A stretch of 64,000 bases of DNA from Patescibacteria group bacterium (GTDB lineage Bacteria > Patescibacteriota > Minisyncoccia > UBA6257 > Colwellbacteraceae), in NCBI GenBank assembly GCA_023380305.1, contig JAMCQZ010000008.1:5588-69587 (forward strand). The letters are read 5' to 3'. This document shows, in pieces, positions 33,378-43,456 of the stretch. The notes beneath the pieces were generated by a model. That model saw only the letters and a list, made by a program, of their open reading frames with translations, made no database searches and had not been told where the DNA came from. The position numbers and the translations under genes are program-made. Position 1 is the first letter of the stretch. Each line of letters begins with the position of its first letter.

Positions 33378-34169
33378 CTATAATTCGGCCATTTCTCCGG
33401 GAATAACCACGATCGCCATATTCCCCAGGCTGATAAATCCGTCCTCGAATTGTTTGGTCGTCACTCGCCGGTATCCCACGCCCGGCGCTGGATCCATTAG
33501 TTCCATTCCGTTATCGTCGAACCCCACGAGCACAACGGCGTGTTCCGCGAAGATCCACGGATTTTTAACTCCGTCCGGACCGATCATCACGCCCGGAGTC
33601 CTCCGTTTGAAATCTCCCGACAGCCAGACGATGGCTGGATATCCGGATTTTATGTACGACGCCAGCTCTTCGATGTCCCAGCCGGATTTGGAAACGCTTT
33701 TGCCGAATCCATGATTAGACAAGAATTTATAAATCGGTTGGTTGTAAACACCATAGCCGTCGACATAAATCCTTTTCGGATTCGGATCGCCGACAAATTC
33801 CGACTGCGGGTTTCCCCAGACGAGATCCCCGGATTTGTTGTAATAGCGGGGTGGCTTGCTCCAACCGATTTCTTCCAAAATATCGTCCTCGGAAAAGGAA
33901 ACCCCGTAATAAAGCAGGGCCGCCCTCGCGGCCGCGGCCTCGCAGGATGCTTTGTATCTCTGGATATATTCCGGAACGCTAAGGGGAAGTGAAATCGATG
34001 ACCTGCCGGCCGGAGCCTCGTCTCCGGAAAAGGTCTTTACGGGTTCGATTACAATTCCGACATCGGCGGCCAACGGCCTGCGGTTTTCCGCCGATACCAA
34101 AAAAAAGGCGGTAACCGCCATGAAAAAAACCGAAACCAAACTTAAGATCCGTGCTTGCCTAAAATCCAT
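33378..34169 (-). CDS. C39-like peptidase, membrane-anchored
   Basis: VPEYIQ...SCEAAA, GNP...FVG, EHAVVLVGFD, MDP. Confidence 0.88.
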   Translation of the reverse strand: MDFRQARILSLVSVFFMAVTAFFLVSAENRRPLAADVGIVIEPVKTFSGDEAPAGRSSISLPLSVPEYIQRYKASCEAAAARAALLYYGVSFSEDDILEEIGWSKPPRYYNKSGDLVWGNPQSEFVGDPNPKRIYVDGYGVYNQPIYKFLSNHGFGKSVSKSGWDIEELASYIKSGYPAIVWLSGDFKRRTPGVMIGPDGVKNPWIFAEHAVVLVGFDDNGMELMDPAPGVGYRRVTTKQFEDGFISLGNMAIVVIPGEMAEL

Positions 34170-34225
34170 GGATCGCTGATTGCTTAATCCTATCATAAAT
34201 AATAAAGTAAACGCTGACAACCGAT

Positions 34226-34792
34226 ATGAACCAGGAAGACAAACCGAAAATCCTCCTACACGTCTGCTGCGCCGTCTGCGGAGCGTTGCTGCTTAAAATT
34301 CTCAAGGAACGATTCGAACCGATCGTTTTTTATTTCAACCCGAACATCTATCCGAAGAAAGAATATTTGAAACGCCTGGAGTCGGCTGAAAAACTCGCTT
34401 TGTTGAACCAGACAGATTTTATCGAAGGAAAATACGACTTTGATTCCTGGCGCGAAGCTGTTCATGGATTGGAGCGCGAACCCGAAGGAGGCCGACGATG
34501 TCCGGTCTGCTTCGGCTTGAGGCTCAGACGAACCGCCGCCGAAGCCCGCGAGAGGAATATCAGCTTTTTTGCCACTACGTTGAGCGTCAGCCCCTACAAG
34601 AACGAGGCCATTATCGACCGGCTGGCCGAAATGATTTCCAAAGAAACGGGTGTGGAATTTTTATCCCTCGGGCAAATTTTTCCGGACAAGAAGGATCTCT
34701 GGCGAAAAACCCGCGAGGCTGATCGCGAAGCCGGATTTTATCACCAGAAGTACTGCGGATGCGAATTTAGTCTGAAACAGCCATCCGCATAA
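34226..34792 (+). CDS. queH: Epoxyqueuosine reductase QueH (DUF208)
   Basis: LLHVCCAVC, FNPNIYP, EGGRRCPVC, TTLSVSPYK, YHQKYCGCEFS. Confidence 0.93.
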   Translation: MNQEDKPKILLHVCCAVCGALLLKILKERFEPIVFYFNPNIYPKKEYLKRLESAEKLALLNQTDFIEGKYDFDSWREAVHGLEREPEGGRRCPVCFGLRLRRTAAEARERNISFFATTLSVSPYKNEAIIDRLAEMISKETGVEFLSLGQIFPDKKDLWRKTREADREAGFYHQKYCGCEFSLKQPSA

Positions 34793-34801
34793 AGCTTGCG
34801 G

Positions 34802-35479
34802 TTAGAGATTATAAATAACGTCTTTCCTTTCGACTATTACCGGCCAACCGACGCGCTTCGCATATTTGTAGAGTTTGATGTTCGGATTGAAACAGAGCGG
34901 ATGCTCCACCATCTTCAAAAAACGGATATCGTCCTGTGTGTCTCCGACGCCGACCGATCCCTCAAGACTCAAGCGTTTCTCTTTCAGAATCCGCTTCAAT
35001 GTTTTCGCTTTGTCCCATTCGAGCTCGTCCGATCCCCGATAGACCACCCTGTCGTTTTGATCAAAACTCACCGCATAACCCGAAACCTCGTCGAAATGCC
35101 ATAATTTACAAAACTCCTGGACGATAATTTTTGGAGAAAAAGAAATGGCGATGGTAAAATATTTTTTCGCTTGAAGATCCAGGAGCAGATCGCGGGTGTA
35201 TCGGTAGATCCGGTATTGATGAAAATCCGCGACCTTCTTACTAATCCTGATCAGATCTTTTTTCCGCAGCCCGGCAAGGCTTTTATCCATGGCCGTAATG
35301 AATTCGGCAGTATATTCTTCAAAACTCGCCTGCCGATTGACCCAGTTATTGTAAGCCTGGACGTATTTTTTTAGATATTTAACCGGACAAAGCCCCTCTT
35401 CCACCAAGGTGTCGAAAAATTCGATCGCCAAGCTCGATCTAAACAATGTTCCATCTATGTCGAAAACAGCAATTTTCAT
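34802..35479 (-). CDS. HAD-IB family hydrolase
   Basis: FDIDGTL, IS.SP, K, VGDTQDD, NPN. Confidence 0.9.
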   Translation of the reverse strand: MKIAVFDIDGTLFRSSLAIEFFDTLVEEGLCPVKYLKKYVQAYNNWVNRQASFEEYTAEFITAMDKSLAGLRKKDLIRISKKVADFHQYRIYRYTRDLLLDLQAKKYFTIAISFSPKIIVQEFCKLWHFDEVSGYAVSFDQNDRVVYRGSDELEWDKAKTLKRILKEKRLSLEGSVGVGDTQDDIRFLKMVEHPLCFNPNIKLYKYAKRVGWPVIVERKDVIYNL

Positions 35480-35548
35480 GGTTTATATTATAAGTCCAAC
35501 GCGGCTTTCTCCCAACTCGCCGCAAAAATAAAAGGCCCTCGCGGGCCT

Positions 35549-35809
35549 TCAGTCGGGTTCGGGAATTACTATATGAAGTCGCGCTTTGACAAGGCGCGTC
35601 ATTTTCCCAAGTTTTGGAAGGAACATCCGGAATTCCGCGCCGCACCGAAGGCAACGGTAAACCGTCCAGCCGTCCTTTTTCAAAAGTCCGGTGCACACGA
35701 TGATCAGATGGCTTTTTTTCGAAAAGAGCCTCTCTCCGCAAAACGGACAACCATCCTGCGGCAGACAGACCACCCTTCGGAGAATATCGGGCAAATCGAT
35801 CAATTTCAT
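35549..35809 (-). CDS. Orphan zinc-ribbon protein
   Basis: CPFC...CLRC; GGAGAGGG SD; hairpin at 35532-35549. Confidence 0.6.
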   Translation of the reverse strand: MKLIDLPDILRRVVCLPQDGCPFCGERLFSKKSHLIIVCTGLLKKDGWTVYRCLRCGAEFRMFLPKLGKMTRLVKARLHIVIPEPD

Positions 35810-35903
35810 GGTACCACCCTCTCCGTGATCATCCGCGAGCCATATTAAAACACGGCCCGCTTTTTTTGTCCAAGCGGGCCGCGAATATGGCTTTATACCG
35901 AGG

Positions 35904-36293
35904 TTATTTTCGGAAAGTTACTCCGAACTCCATGGTTTTGGCCTCGAAAAAGTTTTTGGCGAATTCCGCCGCCTTCTCTGGAGCGTAAGCCTTGCAGCTG
36001 AAAATATCGAGATAAGCCGCGTTGGTCTGGTTGGCAAAATGGCCGGAGATAAGGGACGTCTCTATAAGCTGGGTCATGGAGAATCCGGAAACCCTCGGAT
36101 TATCTCCAAAATCAACAACCGTCGTCTCCCCGAACCTTTTCATGTCGATAAGCTCGCAGAGCTCGACGACAAACTGCTTTATTTTATCCGCGCTTCTGAT
36201 CGTCTCCGGATTGCAGTCCTTCAGATCAACGGTGGTCGACATGCCCCACGGATTTTCTGCCTGATATTTCTTCACTATCTGTTCGTCCGACAT
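35904..36293 (-). CDS. speD: S-adenosylmethionine decarboxylase proenzyme
   Basis: VDLKDCN, LIETSLISGH cleavage region, YLDIFSCK; likely start MSDEQ 36293. Confidence 0.88.
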   Translation of the reverse strand: MSDEQIVKKYQAENPWGMSTTVDLKDCNPETIRSADKIKQFVVELCELIDMKRFGETTVVDFGDNPRVSGFSMTQLIETSLISGHFANQTNAAYLDIFSCKAYAPEKAAEFAKNFFEAKTMEFGVTFRK

Positions 36294-36395
36294 TGTTTTT
36301 GATATTTTTTTTGACGATTTAAATAATAAACACATTCCCAAAAATAGCAATACAAAATCCCGCGCCGGGCGCGGGATCCGGACCCATCGATAGAG

Positions 36396-36611
36396 CTACC
36401 CCTGCATTATCAAAACGTGCAAAACGAGGGCGGCGGAGAAGACGATGGCACCGTAAAAACAAGGGGTCTTTAAGGGATTGATCCCGGGGGCGCAGCCTTC
36501 GACGCAAACTTTTTTGCTCCGCCAGGCGACAAGCTCCTTGATAAAGTTTCCCCAGGCGAACATCGTTCCGACGATAAGAACGACGAGTTGGGCCGTTATC
36601 AATTTATCCAT
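36396..36611 (-). CDS. Small 2-TM protein with Cys-rich loop
   Basis: GTMFAW...CVEGC...NPLKTPCFYGA; TATAAT 6 nt before ATG. Confidence 0.7.
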   Translation of the reverse strand: MDKLITAQLVVLIVGTMFAWGNFIKELVAWRSKKVCVEGCAPGINPLKTPCFYGAIVFSAALVLHVLIMQG

Positions 36612-36698
36612 GTTCTAATTATAGCATCTTGGCGGCGACAAGGGAGAAATACGAAATATCCCGCTGGACGCGGGATATTTCCGATGAAAACCCTATAA

Positions 36699-37055
36699 CT
36701 AAAAAGAGCATTCTCCTCTGTAAAGGGCCCACTCGTCGCACTCGACGTTGTTCGCCGAAATGCAAACTCCATATTGGCCGCCAGTGGCGTCGATCCTCAT
36801 CTCCAACCGACCGCCCTTATCCAAGCAGTTTTGGGAAGCGGGATTGGATATTTCGATTGATCCAGGGCAAGCCTTAAATTCGCAAGCGGGCGGCATGCGG
36901 CCGACATAACTACCGTCCGGACAAAGCTTCGCGTCCATCGTGCAAAAAACCGCCTCTCCGCCTTCCCGGCCGGATTCGTATTTCCAAAACGCAAGACCGA
37001 GCAGGGCCAGAACGACCGCCCCGATTACGAGCAACTTTAATTGTTTTTTGTTCAT
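36699..37055 (-). CDS. DUF333-domain anchored protein
   Basis: CTMDAKLCPDGSYVGR..P.CEF..CP plus NPASQNC..KGG...C...CDEWALYRGEC. Confidence 0.88.
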   Translation of the reverse strand: MNKKQLKLLVIGAVVLALLGLAFWKYESGREGGEAVFCTMDAKLCPDGSYVGRMPPACEFKACPGSIEISNPASQNCLDKGGRLEMRIDATGGQYGVCISANNVECDEWALYRGECSF

Positions 37056-37174
37056 GATAATAATCTAAATCAACAATTATTTTCCGCAATGTTTCCTTTC
37101 CTCAATTCCGGCTAAAGCGCGGCAAGATTCTTCGCGTGGAAAACGGATTGCATCGCTTCCGTCGCTAACTATCC

Positions 37175-37414
37175 TCATTTTTTAGCCATAAACATCAAAA
37201 CCACGACGATAACGACATCGGCCAGGTTAAGCCAGGCGGCGGCGCCGAATTCTCCAAAAATCAAATCATTCCAAACAAGCATTACCGCGCCGATGGCATA
37301 AAGCAACAAAAAACCCAGCTGAATTTTTTGTTTTCTTCTCAAAAACGCCCAAAGCTGCCACAACCAGGCGATAAGGATTATAAACAAGCCGAAATTGGAA
37401 AGGCTCATCCACAT
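37175..37414 (-). CDS. Small 3-TM protein, weakly SemiSWEET/PQ-loop-like
   Basis: Three hydrophobic helices, AWLWQL, late N; start may be 37408. Confidence 0.6.
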   Translation of the reverse strand: MWMSLSNFGLFIILIAWLWQLWAFLRRKQKIQLGFLLLYAIGAVMLVWNDLIFGEFGAAAWLNLADVVIVVVLMFMAKK

Positions 37415-37442
37415 GATAAAGAAATCGACCTTTGATTCATGA

Positions 37443-38216
37443 TTATTCCGGCCAGTTCAAAGAGATTCCGGAATCTTTCAGCTCGCTCCTGTATAGGACA
37501 ACCTTTTGGCTTCCGGACGCGCCTGGAGCCACTTGATATTTTTGAAAATAGATCGTCAGGCTGTCTTGGTTGAAGGTAAAATTTTTATAATTTTCAAGGG
37601 TCGGAGCCGTCCCCTCTTCGAGCATTTCCTCGGTGCCACCGTCTCCCCAGGAGCCGGTCGGGTCTAAATTAGCCGCCACCTTGGGCTTTACCAATTTAGA
37701 GACTTTTTGAAGGTTTTCTTCGGATCCCATTAAATCCATGATGTTTATTTCCCGACGATTTTTAAGATCGTAATTAAAAGTATAAAGCTCCTCTGTCCCG
37801 TGCGCCGCTCCGGAGAAATAGTAAATTTTCATTATCAAACTCACGTAGCGGTCGTCTAAACGGTCGTGATCCCAGTAAGCGATGAAATCAAAGGGCGCTT
37901 CCGGCGCCGTCGGCACCGTTTCCCCGGGCAAGGCTGTTTCCCTTCTCGCCCGCCAGCTGTCATTGGAAGACTTCTTAAATTCGGCTATTTTCTGCTTAAC
38001 GAGATCTTTGATCTCGCTGTCAAACGCGCGACTCACTCCTGCAAATTGCGGATATTCCGCTCTCACGTGAAAAAAATCATTGTTCTCGGAAATATTGTAG
38101 TTTTTCAATATGATCCCCTTACCGGCGGGCAATCCTTGAAAGAACGGATAGACAGCCAGACCGACGACAAAAAAAATCGAAGCGATGAGCGCTGATTTCA
38201 AGATTTTTTTCTTCAT
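37443..38216 (-). CDS. DUF3298/DUF4163 (RsiV/PdaC-like) protein
   Basis: EYPQF, YFSGAAHG, TFNYDL, YFQKYQVAPGASG. Confidence 0.88.
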   Translation of the reverse strand: MKKKILKSALIASIFFVVGLAVYPFFQGLPAGKGIILKNYNISENNDFFHVRAEYPQFAGVSRAFDSEIKDLVKQKIAEFKKSSNDSWRARRETALPGETVPTAPEAPFDFIAYWDHDRLDDRYVSLIMKIYYFSGAAHGTEELYTFNYDLKNRREINIMDLMGSEENLQKVSKLVKPKVAANLDPTGSWGDGGTEEMLEEGTAPTLENYKNFTFNQDSLTIYFQKYQVAPGASGSQKVVLYRSELKDSGISLNWPE

Positions 38217-38244
38217 GGGAAAATTATAGCATGAATTGCGCTCG

Positions 38245-40677
38245 TTATTTACGACGCGAAGAAAACCAATATTGACTGGCGTCGAGAAAAAGCATCATTC
38301 CGGCGGCGAAAATCGCGACTTCGATAAGTAAAGAGCATGTTATCGGCGTCAAATTCAAATTGTGTCCAATTTTGGGAACATAGAGACCGAGCAATAAAAG
38401 CCCGATGGCGCCGAACGCCCAAAGATCAATCGTTTTATTGTTCAAAAATCCGAGGCGCCAAATCGGCTCTTTGTCCGATCTCGAGATAAAAGCCAAAAAG
38501 ATATGCCCGAAGATCCAAGCACTGAAAGCCAAAGTCATGGCCGTGGAATCACCGTAGGCACGCCGGGTTATGAGATAGACGGCTGTTACCACGAAGAATA
38601 AAATCAGACCCGAAACGAAGATTCCAGCGACCGACTTGCGATTTAGAATCTTTCCCCTTGGATTCCTCGGCGGACGGTTGTAAATATCTTTTTCGGCCGG
38701 TTCGGCGACAAATCCGGCTGAAGCGGCTAAATCCATGAATAATTCCAGCACGATAATCTGGATCGGCGAGAAAGGCAGCGGCAAACCAATTAGGATCGGC
38801 AAAAGGAAAATCATGATTAAAGCAGCCTTGACTGCCAGATAATATTTAACTCCTTTGGATAAGTTGTCGTAGAACTTCCGGCCTTCGAATATCCCTCGAG
38901 CAAGCGTGACATAATTGTCGTCGGCGATGACGATCTCCGCGGCTTCTTTGGCGACATCAGTGCCCTTGATTCCCATGGCGATACCGATATCAGCCGCTTT
39001 CAAGGCTAAGACATCGTTTACTCCGTCTCCAGTCACCGCCACCACTTCTCCATTTTTTTGAAGGGCTTTGACTAACCGATATTTATGTTGGGGCGTCGCG
39101 CGCGCGAAAACCGAACAGGTTTTAACAGCTTCGCAAAGTTTGTCGTCATCTAAAGCGTCGATGTCTTTCCCAGTCAAAACCCGATTGGTCTTGAGGATAC
39201 CCACTTCCTGCGCAATATAACGGGCCGTTTCCCGATGATCCCCGGTTACCATGATCGTCCTGATACCGGCGTGAGTCGCAAGTGCGATTGTCCGTCCAAC
39301 GCCCTCGCGCGGAGGATCTTCGAAGCTGATAATTCCCGCGAGCCTCAAACCGCGTTCCAGATCGATTATGGGCCGCTTTTCGTCTCCGACAGCGAGGTTT
39401 TTAAGGGCTACGGCGATTACTCTCCTCCCCTTGGTGGTTTCTTCCTTCAAGCGTTCGGTCATTTCTTCGGGGACTTCGGCCGAAACGCCGAACACCTCTT
39501 CGGGTGCGCCGCTTAAATATAGCTCCGCTTGTCCATTATATTTGCGGACGACAGCTTTAGTTTTTCTCCGGTCGCTCACATTTTCTTCGGAAACTATCTC
39601 GCGAGAATCCCTCGCTATATTTCTTCCTTCGGCGAAGCTCAAAATACCCGCCTCTAAAGACGACTGACTATAAGCGGAGATGGCGGCCAAAGCGACTTTA
39701 ATAATTTCTTTTTCCCGGGACGCGGGATAAACGCCGGCGACCTTCATCGCAGCTTCGGTAAGCGTGCCGGTTTTATCGGTTACGATCACTGTGGCGTTTC
39801 CCAACACTTCGGCGGACTTCAATTTTTTGACCAGAAAATTGTTTTTCGATAAAGAATAAGATCCGAGTCCCAGAACCATAGTGATGATTATCGGCAATTC
39901 TTCGGGGATGGTCGCGAAGGCCAACGACAATCCCGTCAATACCATCAACCTCGCGTCTCCGCCGCGGAGAACACCTATAAGAGGAATGATGATCGAGAAA
40001 AACAAAGCGACGTAGACAAATCTACCGGACAAGGATTTCATTTCAAGTTGCAATCCGGTTTTCGGAGGCGCGATCGTTTTCAAAGCGGCGGCGATCTGGC
40101 CGAATTTGGTCTTCGCGCCGGTTGTCGTCACTTTTAATCTCCCTTCTCCGGAGACGATGATCGTTCCGGCATAAACCGCGCTGCCCTTCGTCTTTTCCTC
40201 CGATAATGATTCTCCGGTCAGAGAAGATTCATCCGCCTGCAGACCCAGCCCCTCTTCAACAACCCCGTCGGCTGCAACCCTGGTGCCGACTGCGAGCGTC
40301 AATATGTCGCCGGGAACAATGGTCCGCGGATCTATCTCGACAAAATTACCATCCCTTACCGCTTTGGCTTTGGGCGCGGCCAGATCGGCCAGAGCTGAGA
40401 TAGCTTTTTTCGCTCTGAACTCATTCCAAACTTCAGCAAACACGAGTAGGCTGATAACCACAAAAATAGTTACGGCGTCTTCCAGCCTTCCCCAAAGGCT
40501 GTAAACCACGCCGACCACGAAAAGCAGAAGGATCATTGGTTCGGTTATCTCGTGTCGACCGATAACCCAAAAACTTATTTTTTCTGGTTTGAAAATCTGA
40601 TTAGGACCGATCCTTCGGAGAAGCCGGTCCGCCTCAAAAGAAGTCAGACCGAACGTTTCTTGGTTGATGTTTTTCAT
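38245..40677 (-). CDS. P-type (P2A-like) cation-transporting ATPase
   Basis: LTGES, IPEELP, DKTGTLT, DPPR, TGD, TGDGVND; start MKNINQ 40677. Confidence 0.95.
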   Translation of the reverse strand: MKNINQETFGLTSFEADRLLRRIGPNQIFKPEKISFWVIGRHEITEPMILLLFVVGVVYSLWGRLEDAVTIFVVISLLVFAEVWNEFRAKKAISALADLAAPKAKAVRDGNFVEIDPRTIVPGDILTLAVGTRVAADGVVEEGLGLQADESSLTGESLSEEKTKGSAVYAGTIIVSGEGRLKVTTTGAKTKFGQIAAALKTIAPPKTGLQLEMKSLSGRFVYVALFFSIIIPLIGVLRGGDARLMVLTGLSLAFATIPEELPIIITMVLGLGSYSLSKNNFLVKKLKSAEVLGNATVIVTDKTGTLTEAAMKVAGVYPASREKEIIKVALAAISAYSQSSLEAGILSFAEGRNIARDSREIVSEENVSDRRKTKAVVRKYNGQAELYLSGAPEEVFGVSAEVPEEMTERLKEETTKGRRVIAVALKNLAVGDEKRPIIDLERGLRLAGIISFEDPPREGVGRTIALATHAGIRTIMVTGDHRETARYIAQEVGILKTNRVLTGKDIDALDDDKLCEAVKTCSVFARATPQHKYRLVKALQKNGEVVAVTGDGVNDVLALKAADIGIAMGIKGTDVAKEAAEIVIADDNYVTLARGIFEGRKFYDNLSKGVKYYLAVKAALIMIFLLPILIGLPLPFSPIQIIVLELFMDLAASAGFVAEPAEKDIYNRPPRNPRGKILNRKSVAGIFVSGLILFFVVTAVYLITRRAYGDSTAMTLAFSAWIFGHIFLAFISRSDKEPIWRLGFLNNKTIDLWAFGAIGLLLLGLYVPKIGHNLNLTPITCSLLIEVAIFAAGMMLFLDASQYWFSSRRK

Positions 40678-40742
40678 TTTAACAAAAGGCTGATGACAAT
40701 TTTTAGCTATAATCCGATTGACCGTTGCTTTATACTGAATCC

Positions 40743-40970
40743 ATGGACAACCAAATATCATCTTCATTGGCGGAAACTCCCCTAAGGTCGGCGGCTAAGA
40801 CTATAAGCTACCGGTTGATTATCATCATTCTGGATTTTGCTTCGATTTACTTTTTTACCAGGAGCGTCGGTGTTGCCACTTCGTTTGTTATTGTCAGCAA
40901 CATTTACACCACCATCGCATATTACATCCACGAAAGGGCCTGGAATCGGATTGATTGGGGCAAAAAGTGA
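40743..40970 (+). CDS. DUF2061 membrane protein
   Basis: ETPLRSAAKTISYR...YYIHERAWNRIDWG. Confidence 0.88.
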   Translation: MDNQISSSLAETPLRSAAKTISYRLIIIILDFASIYFFTRSVGVATSFVIVSNIYTTIAYYIHERAWNRIDWGKK

Positions 40971-41258
40971 TTAAACCTGCCCGAAAGTCTTCCTCAATTC
41001 TTTTTTGGCTAGATTTAGGATTCTCTTTCGACTTTCGGAAATATTATTGCCGCTACGGTTGATGTAGAAATTAAGCATTGACATCGCCGACTGAAAAGCT
41101 GGAGATTTCCGAGTAATGCTTCTCTCGGTCGAACGCTTTAACGACTTGGCGATCTTTCGAGGGTCTTTCCAAGTAAAAATGCCGGGCTCAAGCCGCAAAG
41201 CGCGGCTTTGCCGCGTAACTTTGGCGGACCAGCTTCTCTTTGCGCCGGCTATCATCAT
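40971..41258 (-). CDS. DUF3175 protein
   Basis: WSAKVT..S.AL.LE.GIFT..DP..IA.SLKRS...SAMSMLNFYINR. Confidence 0.88.
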   Translation of the reverse strand: MMIAGAKRSWSAKVTRQSRALRLEPGIFTWKDPRKIAKSLKRSTERSITRKSPAFQSAMSMLNFYINRSGNNISESRKRILNLAKKELRKTFGQV

Positions 41259-41261
41259 CGA

Positions 41262-41603
41262 TCAACGTTCTAAGAACTCTTTTAGGGCTACAGCATTATT
41301 GTGGGCCTCGTCTTTGGCGGCGTAAATTAAAGTGGTTTTTCCTTGGCGGCTGGCCTTTTTGATAAGATCGACGTCGGCGACTTTCGCTTTCAGCTCGGCA
41401 AAATATTTCTTCTTGAACATCGTCCATTTTTCCGGGTCATGACCAAACCATTTTCTTAATTCTTCGCTTGGAGCGATGTCTTTAAGCCAAAACCTTATCT
41501 TAATCTTCTCTTTCGATAATCCGCGCGGCCAAAGCCGGTCGATTAAAATGCGCGATCCGTCTTTCAGCGAGGCCGGTTCGTAAGCTCTTTTGATATAAAT
41601 CAT
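41262..41603 (-). CDS. DUF488 (YeaO-like) protein
   Basis: IKRAYE...[13 protein letters not shown]...[18 protein letters not shown]...HNNAVAL. Confidence 0.92.
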   Translation of the reverse strand: MIYIKRAYEPASLKDGSRILIDRLWPRGLSKEKIKIRFWLKDIAPSEELRKWFGHDPEKWTMFKKKYFAELKAKVADVDLIKKASRQGKTTLIYAAKDEAHNNAVALKEFLER

Positions 41604-41655
41604 GGCAGTCGATATTTTGACGTCCCTCGACCACAGGACGGCTGTTTTTTATTTT

Positions 41656-42123
41656 TTAATTTAATCTCCAGATTACATAAGTCAGATAGGTCGCGAACAC
41701 CGTCCAAAGGCCATAGAGCCAAAGGAGCCGGGCCGCGAATCGTGAAGCCGGCCTGATGCTTGACATCAGCCAGAAGACCGAAAGGCAGAGCAATCCCGAT
41801 TCAACCGCCGCCGCGGCGATAAGGTGCCTCGAAAAAAACAAAAAACTCCAAAAAACGTTCAAAAGAATATTGACGCCGAAAGCGACGACAATCGATCTTC
41901 TCTTTTTTGGCGGAATCTCTTGATTCCAGACGACGATCATGGAAGCCGCGAGCAGAAAGAAAATAACCGCCCAAACAAACCCGATGATGGCGCCGGACGG
42001 AGTCCAGGCGGGCAGATTGATCGAACGGTACCATGCCATCCCCGATGAAGTGATAGAACTTCCCACCAAAGCCACTGATAAGACAATCAGAGAAACCATG
42101 AAATAGTTTGTTTTTATCCTCAT
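41656..42123 (-). CDS. tspO: TspO/MBR tryptophan-rich sensory protein
   Basis: WY..INLPAWTP...VW, LNVFWSFLFF, Y..W..FATYL. Confidence 0.92.
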   Translation of the reverse strand: MRIKTNYFMVSLIVLSVALVGSSITSSGMAWYRSINLPAWTPSGAIIGFVWAVIFFLLAASMIVVWNQEIPPKKRRSIVVAFGVNILLNVFWSFLFFSRHLIAAAAVESGLLCLSVFWLMSSIRPASRFAARLLWLYGLWTVFATYLTYVIWRLN

Positions 42124-42350
42124 AGTTTGATTATATCAATTTTCTTTTTAGAAAATTTGAAAATAAAAAATACGACGGCTCTAAATTAAATTAGTTGTTG
42201 GCACCGTCGTATTCTTCTTTCATAGCCTTAAGGTTTTTACGCTCAAGTTTTATCAGGGCGAACCATGATCTATGAGTATAAGCTGATTAACTCCAACTTC
42301 ATCAGCTAATTAAATAATATGAAGTACCCGAAATCCCTCAACATCTCCTC

Positions 42351-42359
42351 TGTGGATAA
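42351..42359 (-). promoter_or_regulatory. Perfect DnaA box
   Basis: TGTGGATAA = reverse complement of TTATCCACA, intergenic. Confidence 0.45.
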
Positions 42360-42380
42360 CTCTCAACAACGATTTATCCG

Positions 42381-43160
42381 CTAAACAGCGATCCTCATGC
42401 CGTCGTAGGCAATGTCGCTATGCGCGTAAATACTCTTGACATGCATTTTTAAATCTTCATGCGGCAATGTTTGGTGCCCTATATGGGTAAAAATAATTTT
42501 CCGCAAACGCCACCTTTTGTAAAATGCCAGTTGACGATCGATGGAAAGGTGGCCACGCAGGCTTCTTTTTTGAATCGAGCCGTCGGCGAATAAAAGATCG
42601 CAATCAACCAAATATTTTTTTAAGCCCTTGAGGGAGGCAAGATCGGAAACGTAGACCATCTTGAACCCGCCGGGAAAAACTACGCGGTAACCGAGAAATG
42701 GAGCGTTTTCGGAATGGATCACGCGAAAAGCCGTTATCTCCGCCCCGAAGAGATCGGATTTCTTCCCCGGACCGATATTCCCGATTTTCTCGACAAATAT
42801 CTTGACGCTTTTTAAATAACGCAATCCGTAATCGGCATCCGGGTGGTTATGGGTGATAAAAACGGCGTCTATTTTTCGAACCCTCTCTCGCCGCAACTGG
42901 TGGAGGATATCCGGCCCGGCGTCAAAAATAATATGCCTGCCGTTTAGGACAACCAAAAGCGACGACCGACTGCGCTTGTTTTTACCTCCGGACTTTGCTC
43001 TCTCGCAAAGCCGATCTTTGTGAAGGGAAAAACGCTTTTCGTAATGTTCGATATCCAGATAATCATCGAATTTATTCGATTCGGTTCTCGGCAAAGGAAA
43101 CTCGGCCGATGATCCCAAGACGATGATTTTGTTTTTAAATCCGGATTTCGCCACGGCCAT
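42381..43160 (-). CDS. MBL-fold metallohydrolase (PhnP-like)
   Basis: DAGPD, THNHPDA (variant HxHxDH), VIH, SD, GH, THIGH, AYDGM. Confidence 0.88.
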   Translation of the reverse strand: MAVAKSGFKNKIIVLGSSAEFPLPRTESNKFDDYLDIEHYEKRFSLHKDRLCERAKSGGKNKRSRSSLLVVLNGRHIIFDAGPDILHQLRRERVRKIDAVFITHNHPDADYGLRYLKSVKIFVEKIGNIGPGKKSDLFGAEITAFRVIHSENAPFLGYRVVFPGGFKMVYVSDLASLKGLKKYLVDCDLLFADGSIQKRSLRGHLSIDRQLAFYKRWRLRKIIFTHIGHQTLPHEDLKMHVKSIYAHSDIAYDGMRIAV

Positions 43161-43217
43161 ATTATATAATAATAACGGATCTATTGATTAAAGGTCGCAA
43201 ATAAAAAATATTTTAAA

Positions 43218-43328
43218 ATGGGATATTGGGGCGGAGGCATGTTTTTCTTCGGATCGGTGATGTATATCCTCTGCACGGTTTTGGTGGTTCTCGGCATCGC
43301 CGCTCTGTGGAAGTATTTGAATAAATAG
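43218..43328 (+). CDS. 36-aa single-TM small protein
   Basis: MGYWGGGMFFFGSVMYILCTVLVVLGIAALWKYLNK*; AAAGGTCG at 43190-43197; TATAAT upstream. Confidence 0.7.
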   Translation: MGYWGGGMFFFGSVMYILCTVLVVLGIAALWKYLNK

Positions 43329-43420
43329 AACGGCTTTCGATAATAAACCGAAGAAGAGCAAAATAACCCGGGATTGGAAGAAGACCGCAAGCGATATGGA
43401 AATAAAAACTCCCGAATAAA

Positions 43421-43446
43421 AATCCCCGCCGCAAGGCGGGGATTTC
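43421..43446. terminator. Terminator between convergent genes
   Basis: AAATCCCCGCC-gcaa-GGCGGGGATTT. Confidence 0.75.
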
Positions 43447-43456
43447 GTCGGCAGTG

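Noticed and set aside
42124-42380. oriC, or a fluoride riboswitch
   Set aside because: Only one perfect DnaA box, no dnaA/dnaN and no switch in gene strand; the similarity to the crcB motif is only a few bases.
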